64,000 nt of DNA, from positions 557,197-621,196 of the forward strand of contig OZ287694.1 in NCBI GenBank assembly GCA_965649825.1, written 5' to 3'. Positions within the stretch are counted from its first letter, which is position 1. Every line of letters starts with the position of its first letter. The notes below the pieces were generated by a model. The model saw nothing but the letters and a program-made list of their open reading frames with translations, searched no databases and had not been told where the DNA came from. This document shows positions 36,134-49,398 of the stretch, one piece after another. A program made the position numbers and the translations under genes. This stretch comes from Penicillus capitatus. Its lineage: Eukaryota; Plantae; Chlorophyta.

Positions 36134-36657
36134 ACTCGCCTCCGAACGACTGACCCTTTCCATCATGCCTGTGCAGACTCTCGAACTCTTATATCTATGC
36201 TTACGTCAAGTGCGCCTTTAACTAAGATAGATTGACTGCATAAACAAACGGGTGGTGGGTGCTTAAGTTTGTACATGAAAACCGTCTGCCCTTGTTATAG
36301 TTGACGTTTCGTGCAGCGAAAGTCGCGTCTTTACTGACGTCTGTTTCGCGTCTGCTCGTTTGCGATCGAAAGTGAAGACAGTGGTCGAAACGTCCCTGCG
36401 TTAGACGGCGGCGTCTTTCTCGCTGAATGCATGGGCAGTAGTAAATCCGTCTCGGTGATCACGATGAGCGGCCGAGAGTCGAGTAAACGACGGATTTGAA
36501 GTACAAGTCTGGAGTACGGTTAGAGCATGGGAATAAAGTCCGACTGCTTAGTCCGCAAGTCAGTTGTAGTGTGCTTTGTTGAATCGAGGCTTTTCAGTCG
36601 GAGAGAACTCGGAGTCTTCAAAGTTCGAAAGAAAGTCTCGGTTGCGACATCTCTAGA

Positions 36658-37851
36658 ATGGCTGCCTTACGCAGACGCGACGTGCCACTCGTACGATGCT
36701 CCACGCCGCGTTCCGTGTCTTGAGTTTTCCGTGCGATTCAGGTGCTGCCGCTGGTGTGCCTTCTTCTGAGCGGAGCCGACTTTGCGATTGCGGCGAGAAC
36801 ACTGCCGGCGCCGCGCTTCGGTTTCAGGTATTGTCTCTGCGCAAAAATGCGTATCACGAACGAAGTCGGTTTGTGCAGCGGGATTGATGCCTCGCGTATC
36901 GAGGCATCGTTGAGAAGCAGTGGCAGGTCTCTCAAGAACGACTGCGCTGCGAAGGAGTGTTCGGATCTCGAGGAGACGCCGGAGGCCAATGCCCCTGACG
37001 CGGCAGTTGCGATATTCCGTGAAGCGACCGAGGCAGAAGAGACGGAACGAGCATCAGATACAGTTACTGCAGCAGAAGACTTGGAGGTATCGCCAAGAGA
37101 CGTCGGTGATGTGGAAGTGGCTCTGCCACAAAAATCAACGATTCTTGCAATCGCTGGTGGTCCAGTAGGGGAGACAGATGCAGATGCTGCTTCCGCTATG
37201 GCGCCCGCTTCTCCCGAAAACTCCATGTTGTTGAACACTGTCCTCTCGCCAGATGGCAGACTCGACGTTCCTGCTGCACAGCCAACACCACTGGATGAAG
37301 ATCAAAGGGAGACGTTGGACGTTTCGAATGAGGATTTCGTTGCCTCCTCGTCCACGGTAGCCGTGGACAGTTCGACCACTGGCAAGTCCCCGTCGACGAT
37401 GACATCAACAATTGTCCCAGTCCAAGACTCAAAAGATTTGGATGAAACGGTGAAGCTGGCTGAAGATCCATCCTTGCAGTCGAAACTCTCTACTCTTCTT
37501 GATGGGGATCTCGAAGAACCGACAAGATTTGAAGGCGGAATGGAGCCATTTGAGGCGCCACTGGAAGAACCATCATCAGCAGAACCATCTGTCCCGTCCG
37601 CAGTGGAACCGGCGCCGGAGCCAACAGAAGAACCATCTCTGTCACCAGTAGAGGAACCGGCATCAGCACCAGCTCTACAGGAGAGTGTCGTTCAGCGGAC
37701 TCCTGTAGACAAACTAGGGAGGAATGGACTGAAACCGGAACCACCAAGTCCAAGTGGAATTGTCGTTATCAGCGACGGGAATCCTGTGCCAATGATTCCC
37801 AGAGATCCTCCCAAACCCGCAGGCGCTATCGTCGAAGCAGTCCCTCGTTGA
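36658..37851 (+). CDS. Secreted acidic Pro/Glu/Ser-rich protein, family member C
   Basis: MAALRRRDVPL|VLPLVCLLLSGADFAIAA after removing two ~51-nt introns. SGRSLKNDCAAKEC, a long acidic linker and the C-terminal PEPPSPSGIVVISDGNPV..PAGAIVEAV follow. Confidence 0.7.
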
Positions 37852-38742
37852 CGGCAAGACATTCCCTCTCTAGTCCTTACAGAACATAAGATTCGCGTGC
37901 TAAACGTATCCAACCAGTCGGATAGTCTAAAACGCTTGTGGCTGACAGCCACAGAATCAAACGCTCTGTTAGTGACCTAAACTGTCAAGACACAATGACT
38001 CTTTAGATACGTACGACAAAACGGATACAGTCGCGCGATCGATCTTACACCTCACCACGCAACAGTCATTCAACACCAGACACCGCATCAGAAGGGCTAA
38101 AGATGCTTCGTCATTTGCCCACGATGCATTGAAGAGAAGATGTCTCACAATCCGTCGTCGAACTGAATGGAATGTAATTAATAGCAAAGATGGATCTGTT
38201 TCCATAATCACGTCTCGAAATTTATTAGAATGGCAGAAGAGCAAGGGCTTCTTTACGGCTGTGTGCACTTCGAAGAGCGCCTCTCGTCGAAGCCATCACT
38301 TTCGAGAGCGCACTTTGGCTCGGACGTTCGCCATGCGTTGCAGGAAGAGCAAAAGAAACTGAGTTGACCTGGCCGCCAGCGCTTGTTTGAAAGATGACAT
38401 GCCGTAACGTTATTCTCTCAAGTGAACCCTCAATGTTCTGCTTGTCGCGGAATCTGGTCAAAACGACGTCGTTTGCTCAAAACGAGAACAGGTGCGCGGA
38501 AAAGAGATCTCTGTCCTCTCTGCTGTCGACGAGTGTGCCTTTATGCAAGCAAGCGTCTGCAGACCATGCCTCATTGTTTCCACAAAGCAAACCTGTCACA
38601 TCGCTGCCGGGGTCTTCTGAAACGGGCGTATCCTTCAGCGCCGTCATTTAAACGAACACGCACTGAATCCGAGAAGCACTCGTTCGGTCCCTATAGAGTG
38701 GAAAACAGGATCCGTGTCGAGAATCCTACGATTAGTCCTTCA

Positions 38743-39893
38743 ATGGTTGCTGCGACCAAAACAGTCTTCTTTCTGGTGCTGTCACGCAGAATCTCTAAAG
38801 GAACCGTTTAACGTCAGGTGCTGCTCTGGCAATTCTGGCTATTCAGTGCGCTGCACCACCACCTTTAAGTACCTCTAACCTTCTGCCGTGACTTTGCTGA
38901 ACCGTTCCTGACCTCAGTGCGCAGGGGCGGACCAAAGACAGACGCCGTTATTTCTTACTTGATAGCGGACTTTGCGAATGACGTTCTTCTGTAGGTGACG
39001 GCATCTGGCAGGTCTCTGATGAAAGCGTGCAGCGGGCAAGACTGCAAACCAGAGGACTTCTTGGAGGAGACCGGTATCCCAAGCACCGCTCTACCCTCCC
39101 TTGCAGAAGAATCCGATGCACAAACGACGGCCTGCCCATCTGCAGATTCTATAGAATCCGCGATGGGACACGATAAGGACCTGGTTGCTTGTGATGCTGC
39201 AGCAACCGTCCAAAGTGCTGCCGATTATTGTCGTGAAAGCATGGATCGAGAAGAGATGTCATCCACGGTGTCTGTCGAAGGTATCTATGACCAACTCTAG
39301 ATGCAAAGAGAAAACAGACTGTAGATACGGATGCTGCACTGGCAGAGGTGACTTTGTGCTCTGCATCCGCACTGGAAATCGTCGATGCCGATGTGCTACT
39401 CTCAGATGATTCGACGGGACTGGAAGATCTGATGGATCTGTATGAGGCGATGGGAATAACTTCAGATCAAGCTCACAGATCGCTTTCGTTCTTAGAATCT
39501 ATGGATGCCCTAATCGAAGCATCTGTCGGAATAGCATCTCTCGAAACATTCGATGACTATGCGCAGGATTCCGATTATGCGCCAGAGGAGTCTGCGCCAT
39601 CTTCCGATTATGCTCCGGAGTCTGCGCCATCTTCCGATTATGCTCCGGAGTCTGCGCCATCTTCCGATTATGCTCCGGAGTCTGTGGCAGAACCTGCGTC
39701 ATTTCCACTCCCCGATAGTGTCACTCAGAGGACTGTCATAGACGCAACAATTCAGAGCTCCACCAGAAACACTCCCCCGAGCGCCACCAAGGATAATGGA
39801 ATTGTCGGCGTGGGTCAGCCGGTGCAGCCACTGAATGACACCAGACCTGATCCACAGGCCTTTATTGCAGCAGTAGAGCAGTATAGCAGCTGA
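38743..39893 (+). pseudogene. Acidic secreted-protein family member D, probably disabled
   Basis: VTASGRSLMKACSGQDC and C-terminal TPPSATKDNGIVGVGQPV..DPQAFIAAV. There is a 1-nt frameshift near 39298 versus member E, and the intron-1 acceptor reads ctctg where E has ctcag. Confidence 0.6.
39570..39684 (+). repeat. Coding tandem repeat, 30-bp unit (SDYAPESAPS), about 3.6 copies
   Basis: tccgattatgctccggagtctgcgccatct is repeated perfectly; the first unit has an extra codon. Confidence 0.95.
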
Positions 39894-41532
39894 ATTTTGG
39901 AACATTGAAACGATCAGAGAATGAAAACACCGTTGCGAAACATTCCTATTGCGACTCGAATGCTATCGATTAAATTCGCTCCAAGCGCATATTTGTTTAG
40001 CACTCTTTGAACAAACAGAGCCGGTTCAGTAAGAATGACAACATCCGAACAGTTCGTAGCAATCGCCGGCAGATGTGCACGGTATCGACCAGCGAACGAA
40101 CACACGCAACGACCAACCTTACTTAGTGCATACGGTCACGGTTTCGGTCTACTCAGATAGACATAGCCAGCCACTCGTCGAGTAAAGAATTGAAAGACTA
40201 TCTAAGACTCGCGCTATGAGTCTGATTGGTCTATTGTTTGGTCAACGCAACGCTTTCCGAAGGTCGATCACAGTGAAAGTATATGTCTCCTCTCGTATCA
40301 TCTAATCAGGCCTTCGGCTGTTTAGAATACAATTTACGACAGTATGCGCAGACAGCAGATCACAAAGAGGACTGGAACTGCAGCAGAATGGAGTGTGTCG
40401 AACGCTTCGGTTTTCCGAAACCACCTAGCGTATTTGCCAACAGATATGGCACCGAAATAGTTTCTCAGTTAGGGTATTGAAGCAGCAGAGTGCGAGTTGT
40501 AGACCAAAGAAGCTCCTTGACGCCACAGAACGGACGAGTGTCAAATAGAATGATTGCGCTGCAGACTCGACGGTGACTTTCATGACTGACTCCTAACAGC
40601 AACCGAAAGGGCCTGCGATTTGAGAAGGGCTGTTGTCTTCGCCTAAGCCATCTAGTCATGAATGCCATCCGATAAATGCGGTAGAGCACACAAGTCGTCT
40701 TTCAATTTCATTACTCTGTTCTCCACTCCGTCCATCTCACAAACAATTCCGTGAAAAACATCGTGTGGCCTGCCCATTCTCACTACCCTGAGATGCTTGC
40801 ATCGAGAATGCATGATCCGTGGACATCTGTCGGGTTCTTCTCGATGTCACAGCATGAAGAGTGGGGGAGGTGGTGAGGTGTTAAGCACGCAGTTCGGGTC
40901 TGTTAAAGAAGAAAGCGTTCTCAGGCAAACATTCACTTCTTCTTTCAACCTACGCTTCCGCTCCGCAAGCACAGTGTTCGCGACGTTGATGACGGAAGGG
41001 GAAGTCCGATAGTGTCGTCTTGTCGAACTCGTGGACGAAAACTGACTAACGCTTCCAAGACGAAGATCGGGAAACGGCAGGAAAGGGGAGACCTTAAGAA
41101 TGGAGCTAGCTCGACGAGATTCTGTCGACGACGGTTTCGGAGTGTTGTCGCGTTCATGCCGACAATGACGTGGCTTGACTTTTCTGGCAAATGCCAAACG
41201 TCTGCATACAAAACCGTTTCGCATACGAACGTGTAGAACTCCCGCCTTCTGAAGCCGGCTGTACGCAGTGCCGTCGTCGACAACGACGCTGCGGCTTATC
41301 TCGTTCGATCATCGCGAGTAGAGTCGAGAGGCGCGGCGTTTTCGTCACGTCACATACTTAAAAGTGTCACAGAGAAAGCGCATGGCTCACTCTATAAGGT
41401 GCATAATGCAGGTCACCCTCTTCAGCAGAAGAAAGGAGGAAAGTCCCGTCACAGCTTTGAACATTGAGCCCGGTTTACGAGCTCAGCTTGGAAAAAGGAA
41501 AAACAATCTCTAGCCTATAGATGTCGATTTGT

Positions 41533-44500
41533 TTATGCCTCGATGGCCGATTCCTCGACAATCTCGGGAACTCCAGGTGCCCGGCGCAACTTGCCAATCT
41601 GATGTTTGACTTCGTAGCTGATCCAGTGTGCGAGAACGCGGAAACTGCCAGCATCAGATGCGACGTGCTCGTCGCGCTCTCTCAGCTTATACTTCAGATA
41701 CTCAGCTGCGAACTTGAGAATGAAGAAAACAAAAACGAAAAATGCGATAATGTTCAGCAAAGCGCATGCGACTGTGAGAAGCTCGCGAGTAATATCTTCT
41801 GGGTAGCTCTCGTCTTTGAGCATGACAGCTGCCAACGTTGTCGACAGTGACACGAAGAGAGACGTCAGTTCCATTCTATTGAGGTCTTTAAAGTCATCGC
41901 GGTATGGCATCACCAGAGTGTGAGCCAGGATGGCAAGCATGATGATGTACGCGACGCCGGTGATCGGCAATCCACTGTCGAAGAGGTGGGCGCAGAACAC
42001 AAGGAAGGCGATGGAGGCCTTCCTTGCAACGATGGCGACTTCCCAGTAACGACGATGATCCATTCGGTAAGAGCGGTAGAGGAATCCCGTTGTCTGGTAC
42101 GCCCATGCGTCCTTGTGGACGAGGTGCTGCGGTGCATTTTTAAGGACGACGACGAAGAGTGTGAAGAGTCCGCCGTACATTGGACACACAAACCCAACGA
42201 CCACTCCGTAGAGGAGCGTACTGTGGTCTCCTTCGTAGCACTTCATGCTTGTGTCGACGGCCCAGTACATGTGCGACGCGTTGACCTCTGCGATTTCTGC
42301 CGAGTCGTGCACGTCGACGCAGAGGAAGACGCTCAGTGCGGTCTTCAGCACCGGCACGAGGGTCACATACCAGATGACCATCACCGAAAGCAAGCACCTC
42401 TTCGACAGGTAGCGGTGAAGCCCGTCGTTTCCGGATCTCGCCGATCTCGCCGTCCAGAACACGATCCAACAGAGAAGCACGGCGCAGGGAACAACGCACA
42501 CGCTGACGACGATTGCCATTGCCGTCGGCTGCAAGGACAGGTGTTTTGAGGTCAGACACACGACGGAGCGTCGAATGCCATCCGTCGCCAGACCTCCGAA
42601 CATTTCTGACAGCAGCACAACAGTCGACAAGCGGAAACTTACGAGATTCTGGTCTCACCTGCCGCTGCCGCCATAACGATTACAGGAATCGCATACCCCA
42701 CGTCAAGGGAAGCCAGAAGAACAGTCGTTTGGACGTAGCTCAGAGTGATCTAAAAACGACGTTTTTCAGTAGAAGGTAAACGGATCGAGTTTCCACCTTA
42801 AACATTTCGACGGCCTTCCACTTGGCCAAAGTCTCCTCGGAAGCAGGCACTCCAGCGGTTTGGACCTAAAGCGTACTCATTCGGCGGATGCTCTGATGAT
42901 GTGATTCTAGACTCACTTCCCTCCCGAGTCCCGGCGATCCAATGACTTCTGCCGACGTAGACGGTGCACTCTGCTCATGAGTCTGCGCAGTGTCTCCGCG
43001 AAGAACGCTGACCGTTCCGTGGATCGTGATGCCCGTCATAGCCAGAAGAATGATCGCCGACGTCAGAATGTAGGCCACGTTGTAGAGCCCCTTCAAACAC
43101 TTTTTGCATTTCGAGGACAAACCAGCCCCGAAGTCTTCTTTGCAGGATCCACAGAGTGGGCCCGTGTGACCCTTGTGAAGAAACAGACAGATGATTCAAC
43201 GATCTAAAGAATCAAGAATACATCTTACCTCGGCGCACTGAGCTTGAGTGTAATTCTCGATCCATTCTTCTTCGAAATCACAGCTCGAGACGTCTTCAAC
43301 CATGGTCTTCAACTCTTGGGAGCGGCTTTCAGACTCACAGGCGGAAGCCGGTAGGCATCTGTGAAGGTGATCTGAGCACGGCATTTGCTGCCAGTAGCCG
43401 TCTTCTGGCGTGATCACTCGAGACTCGCAGTTGCCATTCTCCGGACAGGGCTTACAATCTTCCGCAGAGAGGAGGAAGTTGTACGTCGTGCTGCTGCAGG
43501 TCTCACAGAATCCAGCATTCGACACAAACTCGCCGACAGAGCAGTTGTGGACTCTCACGGTAATCCCGATGCTCTTGATCGCCTTTTCGCCAAACTCGAC
43601 AATGAGGTCGTAGACTCCAGGCGGTACAAAGCCTTTGATGGATCGAAAAGTGCAAGCTCCTCTCTCTATCGGGACAACGATCGACACAAGCAAAAACTGA
43701 CCGACCGGTGATGACATTCTGGCGTCGACTGGGCGGTAGTTTTTTGCGGGTCTTTGCTTCAGTCCGTCCAACAGCTCGACTGTTGCGTTTGGCAGATCTG
43801 TGCCAATGTGATATCCTTCTATCACACAGTTCTCTCCACCACTCACGCATACGGCCTTGTTCGTGTCGTCCAACGTCATCTCTGCCGTTGCGGCATACGT
43901 CCCGACGTTAGGACCATAAACGCCACCGTGATTGTCTTTCCAGGATGGGCAAATGTCCTTGTCCGATTTTACTTGGCTCAAGGCTTTCCACTCTTTCTCC
44001 TCGTAGAAACGCAAACCGACATCTGACGAAGTGCTGACGCAACTCAAACGGATTGCTTCCAGGTAGCCAGCGAAGACGGCTCCTCCGGCGACGCTGGCTT
44101 CGTTACCCGACAATTGGGTATCCACCAAGGCCATAACGGGGCAGTGGATGCTCCTTGTCAAACATTTCGTGTGCCTTTCACTCGAGACGAAGAAAAGACC
44201 GCCTACAGATAAGCAGTAACAAGGGTTTTCGCTCTCTCGGAGCGAGCACTCACCTCCCAGATCAGCCGTATTTTCTTCAACGTGGTTTCTTACAAGCTGC
44301 AATGGCAGAGTCTGATCGGAATGGGCATCGAAGAAAACTGCACCGCCGTTGCCATGCTTCGCCGAGTTGTTCCGAAACGTGCAGTCGGTGCACAAGAATG
44401 TCGACGCCGCGGATCCCATAACGCCGCCGCCGTTTTCGCCAGCTTCGCAGTGAAGAATAGAGAGGTTATGTGCAACGAGATGAGATTTCTTCAATCGGAT

Positions 44501-47500
44501 GAATCCACCGTTTTCGGATCTTCCTTGTTCAACTGTGGATTTATTTATGAGAATCGAGGAGCCTTTGAATGCAGCGGCAAAACCACCATAGCTTCTCGCA
44601 ACGCTAAGGGCGAATTGCGATTGTGAGATGCTCAGAGTGGAATTCCATGCCCAAACGAAGCCCCCAGTTTTGGAACTGCAGTTGACGGCGCTGGCGTGCT
44701 CCATTTTTGCCGTGGAGTTTGTCGTGTACATGAATCCTCCAAACGTCGCGCTATTGTCGGCCGCCTTCGTATGTTTTAGTATGAAATTCGATTCTACGGC
44801 GCGCACGAAACCACCCCGTTTTGCGCTGTTGTTGGCCGCTTTCGTCTCGTCCAGCTTCACCGTCGAGCTCTGCGTCAGCACAAATCCTCCACTATCTTGT
44901 GCACTGTTGGAAGTCGCGTTGGTGTGCTCGAGCGTCACGTTCGATTCTTCAACTTCCATGAAACCGCCAAACTTCGCGTTGTTGCTTGCTGCTTTTGTCT
45001 CTTGCAGCAATACTGTCGAGCTCCATGCATTCATGAACCCGCCCCACCCTTGTGCACTGTTGGCGATTGCGTTCGTGTGCTCGAGCGTCACGTTCGATTG
45101 TGCTACGACCATGAACCCGCCACCTTCTTGTGCACTATTTGCAATGGCTTTAGTGCAGGTGAGTGTCACATTCGATTCATGTGTACCCATAAATCCTCCT
45201 GCTCTCGCTCTGTTGCCGACTGTGATCGTCTCTTGCAGCAATATAGTCGAGCTCCACGCCATCATGAACCCGCCGAGCTCAGCGGTGTTGTTTGCCGCTC
45301 TAGTGCCGTTTAGCTTCACAGTCGAGTTCCACATCGATACGAACCCGCCGCACTCTTGTGCACTATTGCCGTCTGCGTTAGTGCGATCAAGCATCACGTT
45401 CGAACCATAAGCACGCAAAAACCCGCCATGCTCTTGTGCACTGTTGGCAGTCGCGTTGGTGCTCTCAAGAGACACGTTCGATTCTTCAACTTGCATGAAC
45501 CCGCCCCGCTTCGCGTTGTTATTTGCCGCTCTAGTGCCGTCCAGCTTCACAGTCGAGTTCCCTATCGATATGAACCCGCCGTACTCTTGTGCACTGTTGC
45601 CGTCTGCGTTAGTGCGATCAAGCTTCACATTCGAACCATAAGCACGCATAAACCCGCCGTACTCTTGTGCACTGTTGGCAACTGCGTTGGTGCTCTCAAG
45701 CGACACGTTCGATTCTTCAACTTTCATAAACCCGCCACGCTCTTGTGCACTGTTGGCAGTCGCGTTGGTGTCTTTCAACTCTACCGTCGAGTCAAACGTC
45801 AACATGAATCCACCAATCTGGGTCGCAATGTTTGCGGTAGCGTTGGTGTGCTTGAGCGTCGCGTTCGATTCTTCAACTTCCATGAAGCCGCCCTGCTTCG
45901 CGCTGTTGTTGGCCGCTTTCGTGCTGTCCATCTTCACAGTCGAGTTGAACACCATCATGAATCCTCCGCTTCCTTGTGCACTGTTGCCGACTGCGTTGGT
46001 GCGATCAAACATTACATTCGAACCATAAGCACACACAAACCCGCCATGCTCTTGTGCACTGTTTGCAGTGGCATTCGTGTCTTCCAACTCTACGATTGAG
46101 TTCACCGTCAACATGAACCCGCAATGCTTTTCCGCAATGTTTGCGGTCGCGTTGGTGTGCTTGAGCGTCGCGTTCGATTCTCCAACGGCTATGAAACCAC
46201 CCCAACTCGCGTTGTTGCCGGCAGCTTCGGTGCCGTCCAGCTTTACAGTCGAGTTGAACCCATAAATGAACCCGCCTACCCTCCGGGCAGTGTTGAAAGT
46301 CGCGTTGGTGCGATCGAGTGTCACGTTCGAGTCTTTTGTGCCCATGAATCCTCCTCTTGTTGCTTTGTTGCCGACCGCATTCGTGTCGTCTAGCTTCACC
46401 GTCGAGTTGAACACCATCATGAATCCTCCGTCTCCTTGTGCGGTATTGGCATTCGAGATTGTGTTCATGAACTTTGCTTCTGAGTCTTCTACGTAGACGC
46501 ATGTTCCATTATCAAAGCCGACATTTTCGTTGAAAATGGACCAGGAGACAGAGATTTTCGATTCTTTGGCGAAAATTGCGACTCCTCCGAAGCCTTCATT
46601 TGCAACGAAGGCGCATTCTTCCATTTGAACAAACGACTTGACCAAATGAAAGCAGTGGTTCTTTGTGGCTTCGACGATCCGTGTGCCCAGAAAATTCCGT
46701 TCGAACGACGCATTCGACACTGTGAGAGAGCCATCTTGAATTTTGACGCCGCCGATCTCGTTTTTTCGAACCGTGAATCCTTGGATCGTGGTGTTGGATG
46801 AAGCAGCACCAAAGAGCAAGGAGGATTGCTGCCCCTTGGTCTTGGCCATTTTGTTTTCGAAAGCGGCGCAGTTTTCCAACCGGTTCTTCTTTCCAAGATG
46901 GACCCCGCAAGATTTGCCAGAACAGACGTTCTCCGTGATCTCCACTCCCACCATTTCAAGTTCGAAACAGGATGAGGAGGGCATTCGAAGTCCGGAAGCC
47001 GCAATCAGCTCGTTCTTTCGGAAGACGACTCGGTGCAAAGCCACGAGGCCGTAGGTGTCTTGGGAATGGCGTGCTTCGACGTCAACAACCGCTTGGGATC
47101 CATCTGTGCCGTCGAATGCACACTCTTCAATGACGAGATCGACGAAAGTGACGTTCATGGACCTGCAAGCGAAACGAGAATGACCATCATTCTCGCTCGA
47201 CGCGGTCTTACTGGACGAGAAAGAGGCCAGAGTTCTTGTGAGGACATGTGAATGTTGTCTTTGTTTTTGGGCTGGGATTGACGCCGTCGTTAGAGTCGGC
47301 GTCTTCGACTTGGGTCATAAGGGTCAGTTGCCAGGGAATGGTGACTCGCGACGGTGGGCGCACGACACCTGTCGCGTTAAACGACAGAACATCGCCTTCT
47401 TTGGTGCAGTTGACAATCTTTTGGAGATCGTTGTCGATTTCCTTAAGCACGGTGCCGTCGACGAGCCACGTTTTGCTGTCGGCTGTCGTGTATCTTTCTG

Positions 47501-47976
47501 TAGCATCATGCGTCAACGCACATTCAAAACCTGACACGCCAGAACACCATCGAAAATCGGCATTCGGCACATTGAATGGAAGAAGCCGAACCTGTAATGA
47601 TTCCATGACCAGACGCGTTGACCTGAGAAGGGACGCGCGCCTCGTTTACCATCTAGAGACAAAAAACAAGATGTTCAATGCCTTTACTGCCGAATGGCGG
47701 CAGGCGAATCCGAACATTACCTTTCGAACGAGGTCGACAGAGAAAGCTGTGGGTGTTTTAGAAAGCCTGAGTGGCGGTTCGTCGTCCGTTTTGCCTAAAA
47801 CAGCAAACAGCACTGCTGACGAGTCGCAGCGAAGCTAGCGTTAGAAAACCGTCTTTGGCAGAAGCGGCATCTGGAGGACGCGGGTGCGCGCTTTGAACAG
47901 CGCGTGATATTCCGACTCCATGCGCGAAGGCGCAGCAGAGCAGACAGAGCTTGAGGCAAGACAGAGTTCTTCGCAT
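41533..47976 (-). CDS. Second large beta-helix-repeat / Cys-rich / multi-TM receptor-like protein
   Basis: Leader MRRTLSCLKLCLLCCAFAHG. N-domain KTWLVDG..IVNC..IPWQLTL..FTC matches 30.4-30.7 kb. A 1320-aa ORF carries the repeats and CETC..CKPCPENGNC..YWQQ; GHTGPLCGSC follows. TM ORF 41533..42630 contains YWEVAIVARKA. Confidence 0.85.
44642..46483 (-). repeat. Array of 24 coding repeats of 25-26 aa (S-N/T-V-x-L-x-x-T-x-A-x-x-N-S-A-x-x-(x)-GGF-x-x-x-x-x)
   Basis: Units were counted in the translation. Several are near-identical at DNA level, for example the recurring ctcttgtgcactgttggca. Confidence 0.9.
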
Positions 47977-49398
47977 TTTCAAGACGAGAGAGCGTCTGAA
48001 CGTATCGTTGCAGAATGCGTCGTTTCGTTCGACGCGAGTCATTAACGACGGATTGATGCGACGAACGAAAAGACAGATGCATCAATCTGTCTTCACAGAA
48101 CGATGCGCTCTGTCTCGTCGGACGTTAACGTCACCGAGGTCGAGACATCGTTTTATCCGGCGCTGTCCACGAAGCATCGACTGCTATGACATTGCACGAT
48201 CTGACCGACACGGCTGCAGATATCCAGTGCTCGAGATTTAAACATAAATCGTCATCAACTGCATGCATCCGAGACACAGTGGGGCCGTGCTGCGCTCGAT
48301 TCACGGCTGCTGCAAACGACCGACGATTTCAGATTTCTGACGAGGGCCACGCGGAAGTGTGAGCTCCAGTGAGAATCCTTCAATCAGCCTTCCATGTCGC
48401 CTGTCATCTGCGCTTGTCTTTTCGACAGAAATCAAGAGTGCCTTCCTGTCACACTGGAGCAACATGGATTCCAGATCCACTTGTGGAAGGCAAAGCTTAC
48501 CGGAGCATGAAAATCGCAAACGTCGCGTGTCTTCCTGGCAGAGCGAGCCACTGAGTCGACAGGAAACATCTGGTTACGTCCGTCACATCGTCAGTCTGGA
48601 CATCATGTCAAGTGTTTCAGATCGTGTGTGCATCAAAGTCGTCGACCAGTCATTCCGGATGCCACCAGGATTCTCTGCCCTTTTCGATTCTTTGTCCCAA
48701 TCAGGTCAGCTGGGTGCGATACTGATGCAGTTCCGTCTTTACGACGGAGTCAGATCCACATGTCGATCCTCAGCCATGCATCTGAGCTGGAGGGTGCGGG
48801 ATTGGACAGATGAGCCCTCAGCGCCGACAGGTCGACAGTAGGTTAACGACTGCTCCAAACACAACGCAACAGTCACATCCGAAACGCAACGCAAGAGACC
48901 GTACCTACCTTCCGATTCGATCTACGTCTGCAGCACGATGGCATTTGCGTCGCTTCTGTCGTAAAACGACTCTCGACTTTTTTTGTGGCTGAAGGAAGAA
49001 TCAATCTTTGGCGGCGATACTGAGGTGACAGCTGTCTTGTCAGTTATCGGAAGGGGCTGTCTGTCCGATCTTCTTGGGTGCTTTCGATGCCCTGCTGGTG
49101 GTTCCGAACTTCTCGCCCGAGTGTCTATTGATAAGTCTGAACACTTCTTCAAAGCATGCTCCTCGAGCAGTCTCTTCCTTCCGGATTGCATTGGAATCAG
49201 AGACAGCCCTTCATTTCCCAGTGTCACACTCCATTCTGTCGTTCACATTTTGCCGACATGGAGAGAAATTGATAACGAGACCTGTTGCAGTCACGGGCCG
49301 GGACCAAAACAGCATGTGCATCCATCCATCCTACGCATGTGACACAGGACACAACTTCGACGCTTCGTCATGTCCGTGGCATGAATATCGAGAACGTA

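Noticed and set aside
35075-36166. Long antisense ORFs (35075..36166, 32373..33470, 33353..34309, 31720..32778, 41920..42549, 44628..45410)
   Set aside because: They are shadows of GC-rich or repetitive sense genes and contain no recognisable motifs.
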